Assembly: GCA_016926295.1 (NCBI GenBank)
Contig: JAFGOX010000032.1
Coordinates: 1 to 49,728, forward strand
DNA from: Candidatus Iainarchaeum sp.
GTDB lineage: Archaea > Iainarchaeota > Iainarchaeia > JAFGOX01
Reading direction: 5' to 3'
DNA length: 49,728 bases
In this document: one piece after another, positions 28,050 to 37,602 of the stretch
Layout of the letters: each line of letters begins with the position of its first letter
How positions within the stretch are numbered: position 1 is the stretch's first letter
Notes under the pieces: generated by a model
What the model was told of the DNA's origin: nothing
Seen by the model: the letters and a program-made list of their open reading frames with translations, nothing else
The model's database searches: none
Made by a program: the position numbers and the translations under genes

Positions 28050-29396
28050 ATGGAAAGCAAGCTAGGTTCGAGCCTAAGACGTGCTTTTGATAAGCTTACA
28101 AAATCCTCTGCAATAAGCGAAAATGAAATCAACGAATTCAAAAAAGACATTCAGCGGGCATTGATTTCATCTGATGTTAATATTCAGGATGTAATGAAAA
28201 TCTCAAAGGAGATTGAAAACAAGGCAAAGGAAAAAATGGCCTCTGGTTTTACAAAAAAGGAGCACCTGACAAAGGCAACCTATGACATTCTTGTTCAGTT
28301 CATGGGTGGAGACAAGTCAAAAGAAAGTCTGCCGCAGGGAAAAATATTATTCTTAGGTTTATTTGGCGCAGGAAAGACAACTACTGTCGGAAAACTTGCA
28401 AAGATGTATTCAAAAAGAAATATCAAAGTGGGCGTAATCGGCGCAGACGTCTGGAGGCCTGCAGCTTATGAGCAGCTTAGGCAAAACGTTCACGACTTAC
28501 CGATAAAATTCTACGGAGACCCTAAAGAAAAAGACCCGGTAAAAATAATTGAAAAAGGAATGAAAGAAATCGGCCCAGTTGATGTTCTGTTTGTGGACTC
28601 TGCAGGAAGATCTGGTTTGGATGATGAGCTGGTTGATGAGATAAAAGCAATAGACAAAGCCCTGAAGCCACAGGAAACATGGCTTGTAATGTCTGCGGAC
28701 ATGGGGCAAAGCGCAGGAAAGCAGGCAGAAGCATTCCATAACGCTGTCGGAGTCACAGGGGTAATTTTAACAAAAACAGAAGGTTCAGCAAAAGGTGGTG
28801 GAGCCCTTTCTGCATGTGCAAAAACAGGGGCCCCAGTATTGTTCATAGGAACGGGTGAGAAAAGAGAGGACATTGAGTTCTTCGACCCAATGAGATACCT
28901 GTCAAGAATAATGGGTTACGGAGACTTGGAAGGACTTTTGGAAAAAGCAAGGGAAGTTGCAGAAGAAGAAGCACTTTCGCCGCAGGAAATGCTGGAAAAG
29001 GAATTTGACTTGGAAATGTTCTACAAGCAATTGAAAGCAACCAGAAAAATGGGCCCGCTGAACAAAGTGTTTGGAATGATGGGTGTCGGCTCTGAGGTTC
29101 CGAAAGAACTTCTTGAGGGCGGAGAAGAAATGCTGGAAAAATTCGGCCACATAATGGATTCAATGACAAAATATGAGAGAAAAAATCCTGATGTCCTGAC
29201 AAAATCCAGAATACTGAGGGTAGCAAAGGGTTCGGGAACAAAAGAAGAGGATGTTCGCGCACTATTAAAGAATTTCAAGAAAACAAAACAGCTGTTCAAA
29301 GGATTCAAAAGCGGAAAAATAAAACGACAACTTAAGCAGATGAAAAAGATGGGAATGCAGGTTCCGAATCTTGACAAATTAGAAGAATTGGGATGA
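28050..29396 (+). CDS. ffh: Signal recognition particle protein SRP54
   Basis: IQRALISSDV, GAGKTTT, DVWRPAAYEQL, DSAGR, M domain (KMGPL, IMDSMTKYER, RILRVAKGSG). Confidence 0.96.
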   Translation: MESKLGSSLRRAFDKLTKSSAISENEINEFKKDIQRALISSDVNIQDVMKISKEIENKAKEKMASGFTKKEHLTKATYDILVQFMGGDKSKESLPQGKILFLGLFGAGKTTTVGKLAKMYSKRNIKVGVIGADVWRPAAYEQLRQNVHDLPIKFYGDPKEKDPVKIIEKGMKEIGPVDVLFVDSAGRSGLDDELVDEIKAIDKALKPQETWLVMSADMGQSAGKQAEAFHNAVGVTGVILTKTEGSAKGGGALSACAKTGAPVLFIGTGEKREDIEFFDPMRYLSRIMGYGDLEGLLEKAREVAEEEALSPQEMLEKEFDLEMFYKQLKATRKMGPLNKVFGMMGVGSEVPKELLEGGEEMLEKFGHIMDSMTKYERKNPDVLTKSRILRVAKGSGTKEEDVRALLKNFKKTKQLFKGFKSGKIKRQLKQMKKMGMQVPNLDKLEELG

Positions 29397-29400
29397 TAAA

Positions 29401-29928
29401 ATGAGGTATGCGGTTATTGGAGATACACATATCCCTGAAAGAGCGGAAAAAATCCCGCAGCGATTTATAGACATGATAAAGGAAAGGGCTCCGGACAAAA
29501 TAATTGCTACTGGAGATTTCACTGAACCTGACACATTGAATAAAATAACTGAACTTGGCGAAACAATTGCAGTAAGGGGAAACATGGATGAATTTGAATT
29601 GCCGGCCTACAAATTCTTTTCTGATGAGACTGCTTTTGTTTTAGTAACTCACGGAACAGGAATCATGCCAAGGGGCGATACTGATACGCTTGTTAAAATA
29701 GCAAAGGACGCAGGCGCAAACATCATTGTTACAGGACACACCCACATACTGGAAGTAAAGTTCGTTGACGGGGTCCTGATTGTTAATCCCGGCTCAGCAA
29801 CCGGTGCATGGGGCGGTGGAGGCGGAAGCGAAAAAGAATCAATGCTGTTCATGCACATAGAAAAAAACAAAGTCTCGCTTTTTATGTTCGAGGGCGACAA
29901 AAGCTCAAAAGCGGTGTACAAACTATGA
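29401..29928 (+). CDS. YfcE/MJ0936 (Vps29-like) metallophosphoesterase
   Basis: GDTH, TGD, VRGNMD, THG, TGHTH, NPGS. Confidence 0.92.
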   Translation: MRYAVIGDTHIPERAEKIPQRFIDMIKERAPDKIIATGDFTEPDTLNKITELGETIAVRGNMDEFELPAYKFFSDETAFVLVTHGTGIMPRGDTDTLVKIAKDAGANIIVTGHTHILEVKFVDGVLIVNPGSATGAWGGGGGSEKESMLFMHIEKNKVSLFMFEGDKSSKAVYKL

Positions 29929-30485
29929 GAACTTTTGTAATGGTCACCAACTTGGCTCAGACAGACGGAGATTTTTCATTGAATGGTTTGCCTAATGCAG
30001 GAAGGATGGATGTAATCTGCAGGTGCGTTAACTCTGCATTCTGGCTTTCTGACAATCTAAGAAATGATACTGTTTTTTACATTGTGATGCGAGGGGCGCC
30101 GAATCCTCCAATTACCCTGAAATTTGTTGGAGAAGAGCTGAAAAGAATGAGCCCTGATGAAAGAAACATTGCAAGCCACATAAAGAACCTGCTTTCAACA
30201 AAACCAGGAAAAATCTGGCAGACAGACGGAATGGGTTTGTATGCAAAAAAGATAGACCTTGATGGCCTGCTGGGGGAAATCAAAGGGGAAATAATATATC
30301 TTGACAAAAATGGGAAAATTGAAGAACTAAAGGAAGATTTTGTTTATGTAATGGGCGACAATAAGGGCTATTCGGAAAAAGATATTGAACTGCTTTCCAA
30401 AAAAGGGAAAAAAGTCAGTCTGGGAAAAACAGAATACCTGAGCAGTCAGTGCATTACAATAATAAATTACAAACTGGACGGATGA
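29925..30485 (+). CDS. trmY: tRNA (pseudouridine54-N1)-methyltransferase TrmY
   Basis: MRTFV, AGRMDVICRCVNSAFWLS, PDERNIA, GDNKG, VSLG..EY; ATG 29925 overlaps the upstream stop. Confidence 0.92.
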   Translation: MRTFVMVTNLAQTDGDFSLNGLPNAGRMDVICRCVNSAFWLSDNLRNDTVFYIVMRGAPNPPITLKFVGEELKRMSPDERNIASHIKNLLSTKPGKIWQTDGMGLYAKKIDLDGLLGEIKGEIIYLDKNGKIEELKEDFVYVMGDNKGYSEKDIELLSKKGKKVSLGKTEYLSSQCITIINYKLDG

Positions 30486-31612
30486 ACATGGAGAAAATAA
30501 GACTCTGCGAACGCTGCACAAAAAGATACTCGCGCATTCCAAAAGAAGAAATTGCGACAACAAACGAAAAGGAGTGCCCGGCCTGCAGAAACATATTTTC
30601 AAAGAAAAAGGAAATGATGCAGCTCGTTGAGAAAACCGTAAAGGAATACGAATTTGATAATTTTCTTCTTGGCTGCATACTTCCTGACAAAATAATTGAT
30701 TTTGAAACCGAAATGATAGAGAAATATGAGCATGAAGACCAGAGAAGCATAAAGCAGGACATCAATCAGGAAATAGGAAGCGAATTTGAAAAGCGCTGGA
30801 AAAAAGAAGTCAATTTCACAAATCCGGAAATAATGATTATTCTAGATTACATAGGAAACAAAGTAAAACTGCAGATAAAACCCGTTTACATCTACGGAAG
30901 ATACAACAAATACGAAAGAGGATTGCCGCAGACAAAGTGGCCATGCAGGAAATGCCGCGGAAGAGGATGCAAGCAATGCAACAACACAGGAAAGCAGTAC
31001 GGGGAAACACTCGAAGAATTAGTTGCAGTCCCTTTTGTCGAAGCATCACAGGCAAAGAATGAAAGCTTCCATGGCGGAGGAAGAGAAGACATTGATGCAG
31101 TAATGCTTGGAACCGGAAGACCCTTTGTCTTGGAACTTATTGACCCTAAAATAAGAAAGATTGATTTGAAGAAACTTGAGAAAGTAGTTAATGAAAAAAA
31201 CAAGGACCGGGTTGCGATTCATGATTTGGAATTCACAGAAAAGAAAAAGGTCGTTGACATAAAAGCGGCAAAACATGACAAAACATATATTGCATTAACT
31301 AGATGCAGCGAATCCATTACAAATTCAGACATAGCAAAAATAAACAAAATAAAAGACATGAAACTTGAGCAATACACCCCAAAGAGAGTTGAGAACAGAA
31401 GGGCAAAACTGACAAGGGAAAGAACTGTTTATTATGTAAAAGCAGAGCGTGTTGAAAGGGATCTGCTTAAACTTGAAATAAAAGCTGAAACAGGCACATA
31501 CATAAAAGAGTTTATATCTAGTGATAACGGGCGCACAAAACCAAGCATAACCGAAATAATAGGGAAACCCTGCATTTGCGAGGCGCTGGATGTTATTAAT
31601 ATCGAGGGATAG
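30482..31612 (+). CDS. pus10: tRNA pseudouridine(54/55) synthase Pus10
   Basis: N-terminal CxxC...CxxC, YGRYNKYERGLPQTKW, catalytic GREDID, GTGRPF, GTYIKEF, GRTKPS. Confidence 0.96.
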   Translation: MNMEKIRLCERCTKRYSRIPKEEIATTNEKECPACRNIFSKKKEMMQLVEKTVKEYEFDNFLLGCILPDKIIDFETEMIEKYEHEDQRSIKQDINQEIGSEFEKRWKKEVNFTNPEIMIILDYIGNKVKLQIKPVYIYGRYNKYERGLPQTKWPCRKCRGRGCKQCNNTGKQYGETLEELVAVPFVEASQAKNESFHGGGREDIDAVMLGTGRPFVLELIDPKIRKIDLKKLEKVVNEKNKDRVAIHDLEFTEKKKVVDIKAAKHDKTYIALTRCSESITNSDIAKINKIKDMKLEQYTPKRVENRRAKLTRERTVYYVKAERVERDLLKLEIKAETGTYIKEFISSDNGRTKPSITEIIGKPCICEALDVINIEG

Positions 31613-31614
31613 AT

Positions 31615-32442
31615 ATGGAATTACTGCTCATTAAACAGGCTGTGGCACTCATAGGAACAGCAATAAGCGCGATAACTGACTGGAAAACAGGCTACATCTA
31701 CGATAAAATCACTTACCCTATCATTGCCATTGGTTTATTGCTCACATTGTTAAGCCTAAACCCAGCTTTCATAGTAAATACCCTAATTATGGCCGGACTG
31801 GTGTTCGGAATAGGCTATGCCCTTTATTATACCGGGCAGGTTGGCGGCGGGGATGTCAAGCTGTTTGTTGGTCTTACCCTGCTTCTTCCAATGACTGTCG
31901 AACCTGGACTTCCTGCTGTTTTCATGATACTGGTAGTTGCCACACTGATAAACGTGCTGACCACCATAACTTATTACGGAACAAAGTATGTCCTTTATGA
32001 AAAAAAGAAGGAGCTGAAACTTAACAAAATAATAATAGGGGCGGCGCTGGTAGTCCTGTCAGCAATGTATGTCAATATTCTGTTTAACCTGGAAATGCTT
32101 ACTGGCTTTGGAATGGCGCTGATTGTAGTCCCCTTAATTGCGGCTATTTTCTACACGGTATTTGGGGATGATATGACTGACAAGGCGTTCTCAAAGAAAA
32201 TCCTAATTTCAAAGATACAGGACGGGGATGTTCTTGCCCCGAACAAAATAGACAAGAAAATAAGGGCAATACTGGGCTCAAAAAAGGTGCTTGACGAGGC
32301 TGCAATAAAGAAACTTAAAAAATACAAAATAAAGGAAGTCTGGATATATGCAAATGCTCCGACTTTCGGACCCGCTATTTTTATCGCGACATTAATAATC
32401 GTATTTTGGCCGGACTGGTTCCTTCTAGCACTGCTTATTTAA
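31615..32442 (+). CDS. A24 prepilin/pre-archaellin peptidase (FlaK/PibD-like)
   Basis: Both catalytic Asp motifs (ITDWKTGYI, GGGDVK), multiple TM segments, terminal PTFGPAIF. Confidence 0.88.
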   Translation: MELLLIKQAVALIGTAISAITDWKTGYIYDKITYPIIAIGLLLTLLSLNPAFIVNTLIMAGLVFGIGYALYYTGQVGGGDVKLFVGLTLLLPMTVEPGLPAVFMILVVATLINVLTTITYYGTKYVLYEKKKELKLNKIIIGAALVVLSAMYVNILFNLEMLTGFGMALIVVPLIAAIFYTVFGDDMTDKAFSKKILISKIQDGDVLAPNKIDKKIRAILGSKKVLDEAAIKKLKKYKIKEVWIYANAPTFGPAIFIATLIIVFWPDWFLLALLI

Positions 32443-32580
32443 AACCCAACACCGTGGGCCCCCTAAGAGACCCATCGGTAATGGGGGGAGAAATTGTATT
32501 TAATTAGTACCTGTTACTACGCAGTTATGGTATAAAAACCTTTCCTTTTTAAAGGGTGAAAAAGGCTTATAATACGTTTT

Positions 32581-32925
32581 ATGCACAACATTCTTATGGT
32601 GGGTAAATTGAATGTTCCTGATTATTTGAATGCCCCTTGGCTAACTAGGGACTATATTGAGAACTGGGGTTGGGTGCCAACAAGCGGTGATGTTGACCTG
32701 AAACCAGTTACAGAAACTCCTTTTGGTGAATTGCCACTGAAAAGCCGGGATGAATTCAAAGCAGGAGACATAATTATCTTTTATGATGCTGAAGAACGCG
32801 AAGTAGATGGAAAAATAGAAACAGATAGATTCATTACAGTTGAACAATGTGAAATAGATCTTTACAAACAAGGAAAAGCAGACTTACTTCCACACGGGGT
32901 AGTAGTCCATCCTCCAAAATTATAA
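32581..32925 (+). CDS. Hypothetical protein
   Basis: 114-aa acidic ORF downstream of TATA-like TTTTTAAA; no family recognised. Confidence 0.6.
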   Translation: MHNILMVGKLNVPDYLNAPWLTRDYIENWGWVPTSGDVDLKPVTETPFGELPLKSRDEFKAGDIIIFYDAEEREVDGKIETDRFITVEQCEIDLYKQGKADLLPHGVVVHPPKL

Positions 32926-33981
32926 AAACTTATTCTCCACTCCTGCACCTTCAACAGATATAACGGCCGGCTTGTCTTGTTCCCCATCAACTTTGAACTT
33001 GACTGGGAGCAATTGCTCTGCAACCCAAATATTTGTCATAGTATGCATGGAAAGAAAGGTAGTGTAAATTTCTGATTTTCCTTTTGCCAGGGCCATATAT
33101 GGAATTAATTGGTCTGCCAGGTAAGGGCCGACAGGCGCTTTGATTTTAAGATATTCAAGCAGCTCGTACGCCGCTTTTGTTCCGATGTCTGTAGCCTCCT
33201 GGCCTTTTTCAAGCAAGGCACTTGCGCCAATTACGCCACCAGTAGTAGTATACGCCCATAGGCTTATTCCTGCCCCGCGGGTTTGCGCAACGCCCTTTTG
33301 CTCATTTTCATTTAAAATAACGTCCTCGATTCCTGCTTCAGTAAACACATGCAATGCCGCAAGCTTAATCTCCCGTAAAATATCTGATGGCAATCCTGCT
33401 GAATGAACTGTGCCTTCAATGTAGTCAATGTTTCCAAAATCAGTTATTTTTATTTTTCTAAGATACTGCGAAGGATTCGAATGAAAAACTATTCGCCCGT
33501 TTCCCTTTGGATAATATCCCCGGTTCACAAGCTTTGCGGTTCCGCGGTATTTCATTTTTGACAAAGTCGGAAGCAGAACATTAATCAAAAAATCAGACGG
33601 TGGCGACCACGCAACATCGGTTCCGCCAAGAATCTTCAAATCAAGCGCAGTTGGAAGAAACACTGTCGCTGGCATCAGCGCCTGCAAAACAAGGCTTATT
33701 GAACCCGCAGTGCCAACATTCATTGAAAAATTCCCGCCCGATAATTCCTTTGGGGAAAAGGTTATCTTCTGCGAGCCCAAATCAACGCCCTTGTCTTCTG
33801 ACTTGGCAATCAGTCTGTATGCTTTTATTGCAGAAATATGCTGGGCTTTCAGTCCTGGCTTTGGTCTCCCTTCCCTGATTTTGTCAACACTTATCTCCTG
33901 TCCGGTTATTGATGCAAGTGCAAGGGCTGTACGAAGTATCTGTCCTCCACCCTCCAATTGTGATCCATCCAATTCTATCAT
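32920..33981 (-). CDS. rtcA: RNA 3'-terminal phosphate cyclase
   Basis: LDGSQLEGGGQILRTAL, RPKPGLKAQH, GGTDV, RGYYPKG, LADQLIPY, active-site His in SMHTMTN. Confidence 0.96.
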   Translation of the reverse strand: MIELDGSQLEGGGQILRTALALASITGQEISVDKIREGRPKPGLKAQHISAIKAYRLIAKSEDKGVDLGSQKITFSPKELSGGNFSMNVGTAGSISLVLQALMPATVFLPTALDLKILGGTDVAWSPPSDFLINVLLPTLSKMKYRGTAKLVNRGYYPKGNGRIVFHSNPSQYLRKIKITDFGNIDYIEGTVHSAGLPSDILREIKLAALHVFTEAGIEDVILNENEQKGVAQTRGAGISLWAYTTTGGVIGASALLEKGQEATDIGTKAAYELLEYLKIKAPVGPYLADQLIPYMALAKGKSEIYTTFLSMHTMTNIWVAEQLLPVKFKVDGEQDKPAVISVEGAGVENKFL

Positions 33982-33985
33982 TCAC

Positions 33986-35260
33986 TCACCAAATAAAAAA
34001 TACAAACGCAACTACAGTTATAAGTCCTGCAAATGCCGCATACAGGCCCAAAGACAACGCTTCTTTTTTGGCGCAGGGCCAGCATGCAATAAAGGTCTTT
34101 GAAATCATATCAAAAACAGAAACAATGATAGCAAGCAAAGCTGCGGTTATAAAATTCATTGTGCCATTTCCAGAAAAGAAAGCTATGCTTGAAATAACTG
34201 CGCTTGAGCTTACAAGACTGAACAAAAGGGAAGTTAAAATAAATGCATCAAAGCCCACATAAGTTCTAAACAAATCCTGTGCCAAAAACACCGCACCAAA
34301 AATAAGCCCCACTTTGAATGCATATTTAACTGAGAAAGGTGTCTGGAATTCAAGTTTCAGAGCTTTGCTAAGCTTGAAAGCCGACGGCTGGGCCTTATAG
34401 TAAAGGAAAACCAGCAAACCGGCCATGAAAACAAACATAATAATGAAAGGCGGAGCAGCCCAGTAAACCAAAGGAATAGAAAAGAAGGAAATAAGCGCTA
34501 TGTTTCTTATGAAACTACTTGTGAAAACACTTACAAGACCCAGTGGCAGCAGCTGTGATATCTGCGGCTTGTGTTGTGCCACTTCCCTGAATCTTATTGC
34601 AAACACAGAGGAACTTATTAATCCTGACGAAAAACCAACTGTTAAAAGGGTCTTATCGGATGTCAGCAAACGCGTTGCAAGGAAACCAAGGAATGAGACT
34701 ATTGAAACAAAGAAAATGAATGTGATAAATTTCTTCAATGGAAAGGATATTCCGTAAAGCGCGACAGATTCAACCGGAATAAAAGTGTAAAGTAAAAATG
34801 CAACAATTATGAACTCCAGCCCATCTGCAAGTTCGCTGTATGTTAACTGGCTTACAAAAGAGTGGAGCTTTGCCCTTTCAAAAAGAATTATTGTAATCAG
34901 GATTGCAATAAGCACGGCTTCAAAAATAAAAGAGTAGAAAACAAGTGCACCCGCAAGGAAAGTTATTACAAAGGCAAACAATGTCGTAAGCCCGAAATGT
35001 AGTTTTTTATCCATGCTAAAAATATATTGTGCGAACGCAAAAACAATAATAGAAATGTAGGATATAATCATAATGATTTGATTTTCCATAAGAAGCGAAA
35101 GGTACGCTGAAAGCGCTCCAAAAAGACTGACAAGGCTGAAAGTCCTTAGTCCTGCAATGCTTTGTTTCTTGGTGAATTCTCTTTCAATTCCAATAAGTGC
35201 GCCAACCGCCAGTGCTAAAATAAGATTCTGCACAAAAACGAAAGGGTCAAGCGCAATCAT
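33986..35260 (-). CDS. MgtC/SapB-DUF4010 membrane protein
   Basis: ALAVGALIGIERE...AGLRTF, GLTT, GLISSS; about 13 TM segments. Confidence 0.88.
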   Translation of the reverse strand: MIALDPFVFVQNLILALAVGALIGIEREFTKKQSIAGLRTFSLVSLFGALSAYLSLLMENQIIMIISYISIIVFAFAQYIFSMDKKLHFGLTTLFAFVITFLAGALVFYSFIFEAVLIAILITIILFERAKLHSFVSQLTYSELADGLEFIIVAFLLYTFIPVESVALYGISFPLKKFITFIFFVSIVSFLGFLATRLLTSDKTLLTVGFSSGLISSSVFAIRFREVAQHKPQISQLLPLGLVSVFTSSFIRNIALISFFSIPLVYWAAPPFIIMFVFMAGLLVFLYYKAQPSAFKLSKALKLEFQTPFSVKYAFKVGLIFGAVFLAQDLFRTYVGFDAFILTSLLFSLVSSSAVISSIAFFSGNGTMNFITAALLAIIVSVFDMISKTFIACWPCAKKEALSLGLYAAFAGLITVVAFVFFIW

Positions 35261-35264
35261 AGTA

Positions 35265-36203
35265 TCACTTAAGCTCAGGAGCCCATCTTGCGATGCTTTC
35301 CTGTATGGTGTATTTCGGGGCGAATCCCAGTTTCTCTATTTTCGATACATCCATCCGCCTGTCTTTAAGAAGTCTGTCAATTGATTGTTTCTGCATTGAA
35401 AGTTTTGGCTGCACGCCTTTTAATTTGCACTTAAGACTGTAAACAAAGGAAAGTATGTATATCAGCCAGACCGGAACTGTTTTCGTTATTTCGCCTTTGC
35501 CAATCTGCTTTCTTATTTCTCTGTAGATTTCGCCGTAAGTCATCTGGTTCTTTGCCGTGATATTGTAAATCTGGTTAAGCGCGTGCTTGTTATCCTTCAC
35601 GAAAAACAGGGCTTCTGAAAAATCATCAACATCAACCAGTGGCCAGTAATTCGCTCCGGTACCGATAAGGGGGTAATCCTCTTTTGCCGCCTTTATTATA
35701 TTTTTCCAATAAACATTAGGCCCTATAACAACCGGTGCCCTTACAACAGTATAAGGAATTCCCGAGTAGATAACTTCTTTCTCTGAAAGAACTTTTGTTT
35801 CTTCATACGGTGTCTGGGGATAGTATTCCTCAAGTTCAGTAGTGGGCTGGTGGGCGGTGCTTAGTATTCCGACAGTTCCGGGGAAAACAATCTGCTTTAT
35901 TGATTTTCCCTTTGCTGCTGCAACAACGTTCTTTGTTCCGTCAACATTCACACCATAAAGATTTTGGTTCTGCTCGTCAGTGATTCCTGCAAGATGATAA
36001 ACAATATCCGGTTTAAGTTTTTCAAAGGCCTGAAGGACGTCCCCAAGCTTTGTAACATCCCCTATGTAATATTTGGCTCCGGCCTTTTCAAGTTCGGAAT
36101 CCGCTTCCCTGTCAAAAATGTAAATTGTATCCTTTCCTTTCAGAAGAAGTTTTGAGAGGCGCTTACCGATAAAACCGTTTCCGCCAGTAACAAGGATTTT
36201 CAT
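35265..36203 (-). CDS. NAD-dependent epimerase/dehydratase (extended SDR)
   Basis: TGGNGFIG, HLAG, NVDGT, YEETK (YxxxK). Confidence 0.92.
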   Translation of the reverse strand: MKILVTGGNGFIGKRLSKLLLKGKDTIYIFDREADSELEKAGAKYYIGDVTKLGDVLQAFEKLKPDIVYHLAGITDEQNQNLYGVNVDGTKNVVAAAKGKSIKQIVFPGTVGILSTAHQPTTELEEYYPQTPYEETKVLSEKEVIYSGIPYTVVRAPVVIGPNVYWKNIIKAAKEDYPLIGTGANYWPLVDVDDFSEALFFVKDNKHALNQIYNITAKNQMTYGEIYREIRKQIGKGEITKTVPVWLIYILSFVYSLKCKLKGVQPKLSMQKQSIDRLLKDRRMDVSKIEKLGFAPKYTIQESIARWAPELK

Positions 36204-36234
36204 AAATATAAAATCAAAGAGAAGATATATAAAG

Positions 36235-37017
36235 CTAAAGTTTCTCTTTTCCGGCTTTCTTGATGTTCACTGCAAGCTCTTCTATTTTCTTTTCTATTTT
36301 TTCCAGGCTGCCGTTGTTCTCGATTACAGTTCCGATTCTGATGTCATCTGCGCCGGCCTTAACTGCCTGGTATGCATCTTCTCCGGTTCTTACTCCGCCA
36401 CCGACTGAAAGCGGGATTGTGATTAGCTTCTTCGCAGCGGCAATTGCTTCAAATGGGGGAGCTAAATCCGCACCAGAGCCACCCTCAAGCAAAACAATCT
36501 GTGCTCCAAGATATTCTCCTGCCAAGGCAGAGTATGCTGTAAGGTATGGTATGTTTCTCGGAAGAAGGTTAACATCTCCGACCCAGCCTACTGCTGCGCC
36601 CGGCGACATTACAAGGTAAGTTGTTGGAATTACCTCTATGTTCACGTGCCTTACATGAGGGGCGACAGTTATCTGGGCCTGTGAAATCCAATAAGGGTTT
36701 CTTGAATTAAGCAAGCTCATAAAATAAATAGCATCTGCCTCTTTGGAAACAGTTCCTACGCCACCTGGGAAAAGAATTACCGGCAGCTCAGACTTCTCTT
36801 TAATCTCAAGAACGGTCTGGTCTAATAATTCACCCTGTGCACCTACAGAACCGCCCACAATACATAAGTCAGCGCCTTTCTTGGCACCTATCTTAGCAAT
36901 CTGTCCGGCACGCTCAGGTGACTGATCTGGAGGATCGAACAATAAAGAAAGAACTGCACCGTCCTCTTGTATACGCTTTTTTAGAAATTCAAATGTCTTT
37001 GTATCTTTCGTCCCCAT
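36235..37017 (-). CDS. Geranylgeranylglyceryl phosphate synthase (PcrB/GGGPS family)
   Basis: LFDP, VGGS, PVILFPG, ADAIYFMSLLNSRNPYWI, LEGGSGA, VGGGVR, GTVIE. Confidence 0.93.
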   Translation of the reverse strand: MGTKDTKTFEFLKKRIQEDGAVLSLLFDPPDQSPERAGQIAKIGAKKGADLCIVGGSVGAQGELLDQTVLEIKEKSELPVILFPGGVGTVSKEADAIYFMSLLNSRNPYWISQAQITVAPHVRHVNIEVIPTTYLVMSPGAAVGWVGDVNLLPRNIPYLTAYSALAGEYLGAQIVLLEGGSGADLAPPFEAIAAAKKLITIPLSVGGGVRTGEDAYQAVKAGADDIRIGTVIENNGSLEKIEKKIEELAVNIKKAGKEKL

Positions 37018-37108
37018 TATATCGGGCTCCTTTAAACTGTAAATTAGGCTGTTCCCTTGAAATATAGTTAATACGTGGGCAAGAGTATATAAACATTGTT
37101 TTTAGGCT

Positions 37109-37531
37109 TTAAAACATCTCGATTACGCCGTCTTTGCATTCTACAAAGTCCCCTATACGTCGTTTATATTCCTTATAAAGGGCGTTTACGGCTGTTTCAT
37201 TGACCCTCATTTTCCCAAAGCATTTATGGGGCACCAGGGCTCCTGAAAAGGTCTTTGGCACATGGAGCAATTCATGCAAAATAGTCTTCTGTTTGTCCTC
37301 GAAAGAGAGCCTGTCAAAGCGTGTAGAAATGACCTCTATGACGTAATGTGCCTGAATTTTGAGGGCTTTCTGCCATATATCTGGCATTGACCATATCCTG
37401 GCTATTGCATTGTTCTTTGTACCCCTACTTCTCATGCAAACTATCCTTGTTGAATCGACATGCTTCAAATCGAGCTTGAAAACCAGGTCCTCCATGATTG
37501 CCTGTACATCAGGGGCCAATTCCACATCCAT
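37109..37531 (-). CDS. Putative metallopeptidase (HExxH)
   Basis: RSRGTK..AIARIW, YVIEVISTRF, LHELLHVPKTFSGAL..H. Confidence 0.82.
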   Translation of the reverse strand: MDVELAPDVQAIMEDLVFKLDLKHVDSTRIVCMRSRGTKNNAIARIWSMPDIWQKALKIQAHYVIEVISTRFDRLSFEDKQKTILHELLHVPKTFSGALVPHKCFGKMRVNETAVNALYKEYKRRIGDFVECKDGVIEMF

Positions 37532-37602
37532 ATAGGATATTTCGGCGAAAGCAATATTAAAGCTTTCTAATATATATAGTAAGCTAATTTCTGAGGGGTA
37601 GA

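Noticed and set aside
29808..29924. N-terminal extensions in the ORF track for trmY (also pus10, radA, trm56, rnp4)
   Set aside because: They overlap upstream genes; downstream starts with SD motifs or stop-start overlaps fit the family N-termini better.
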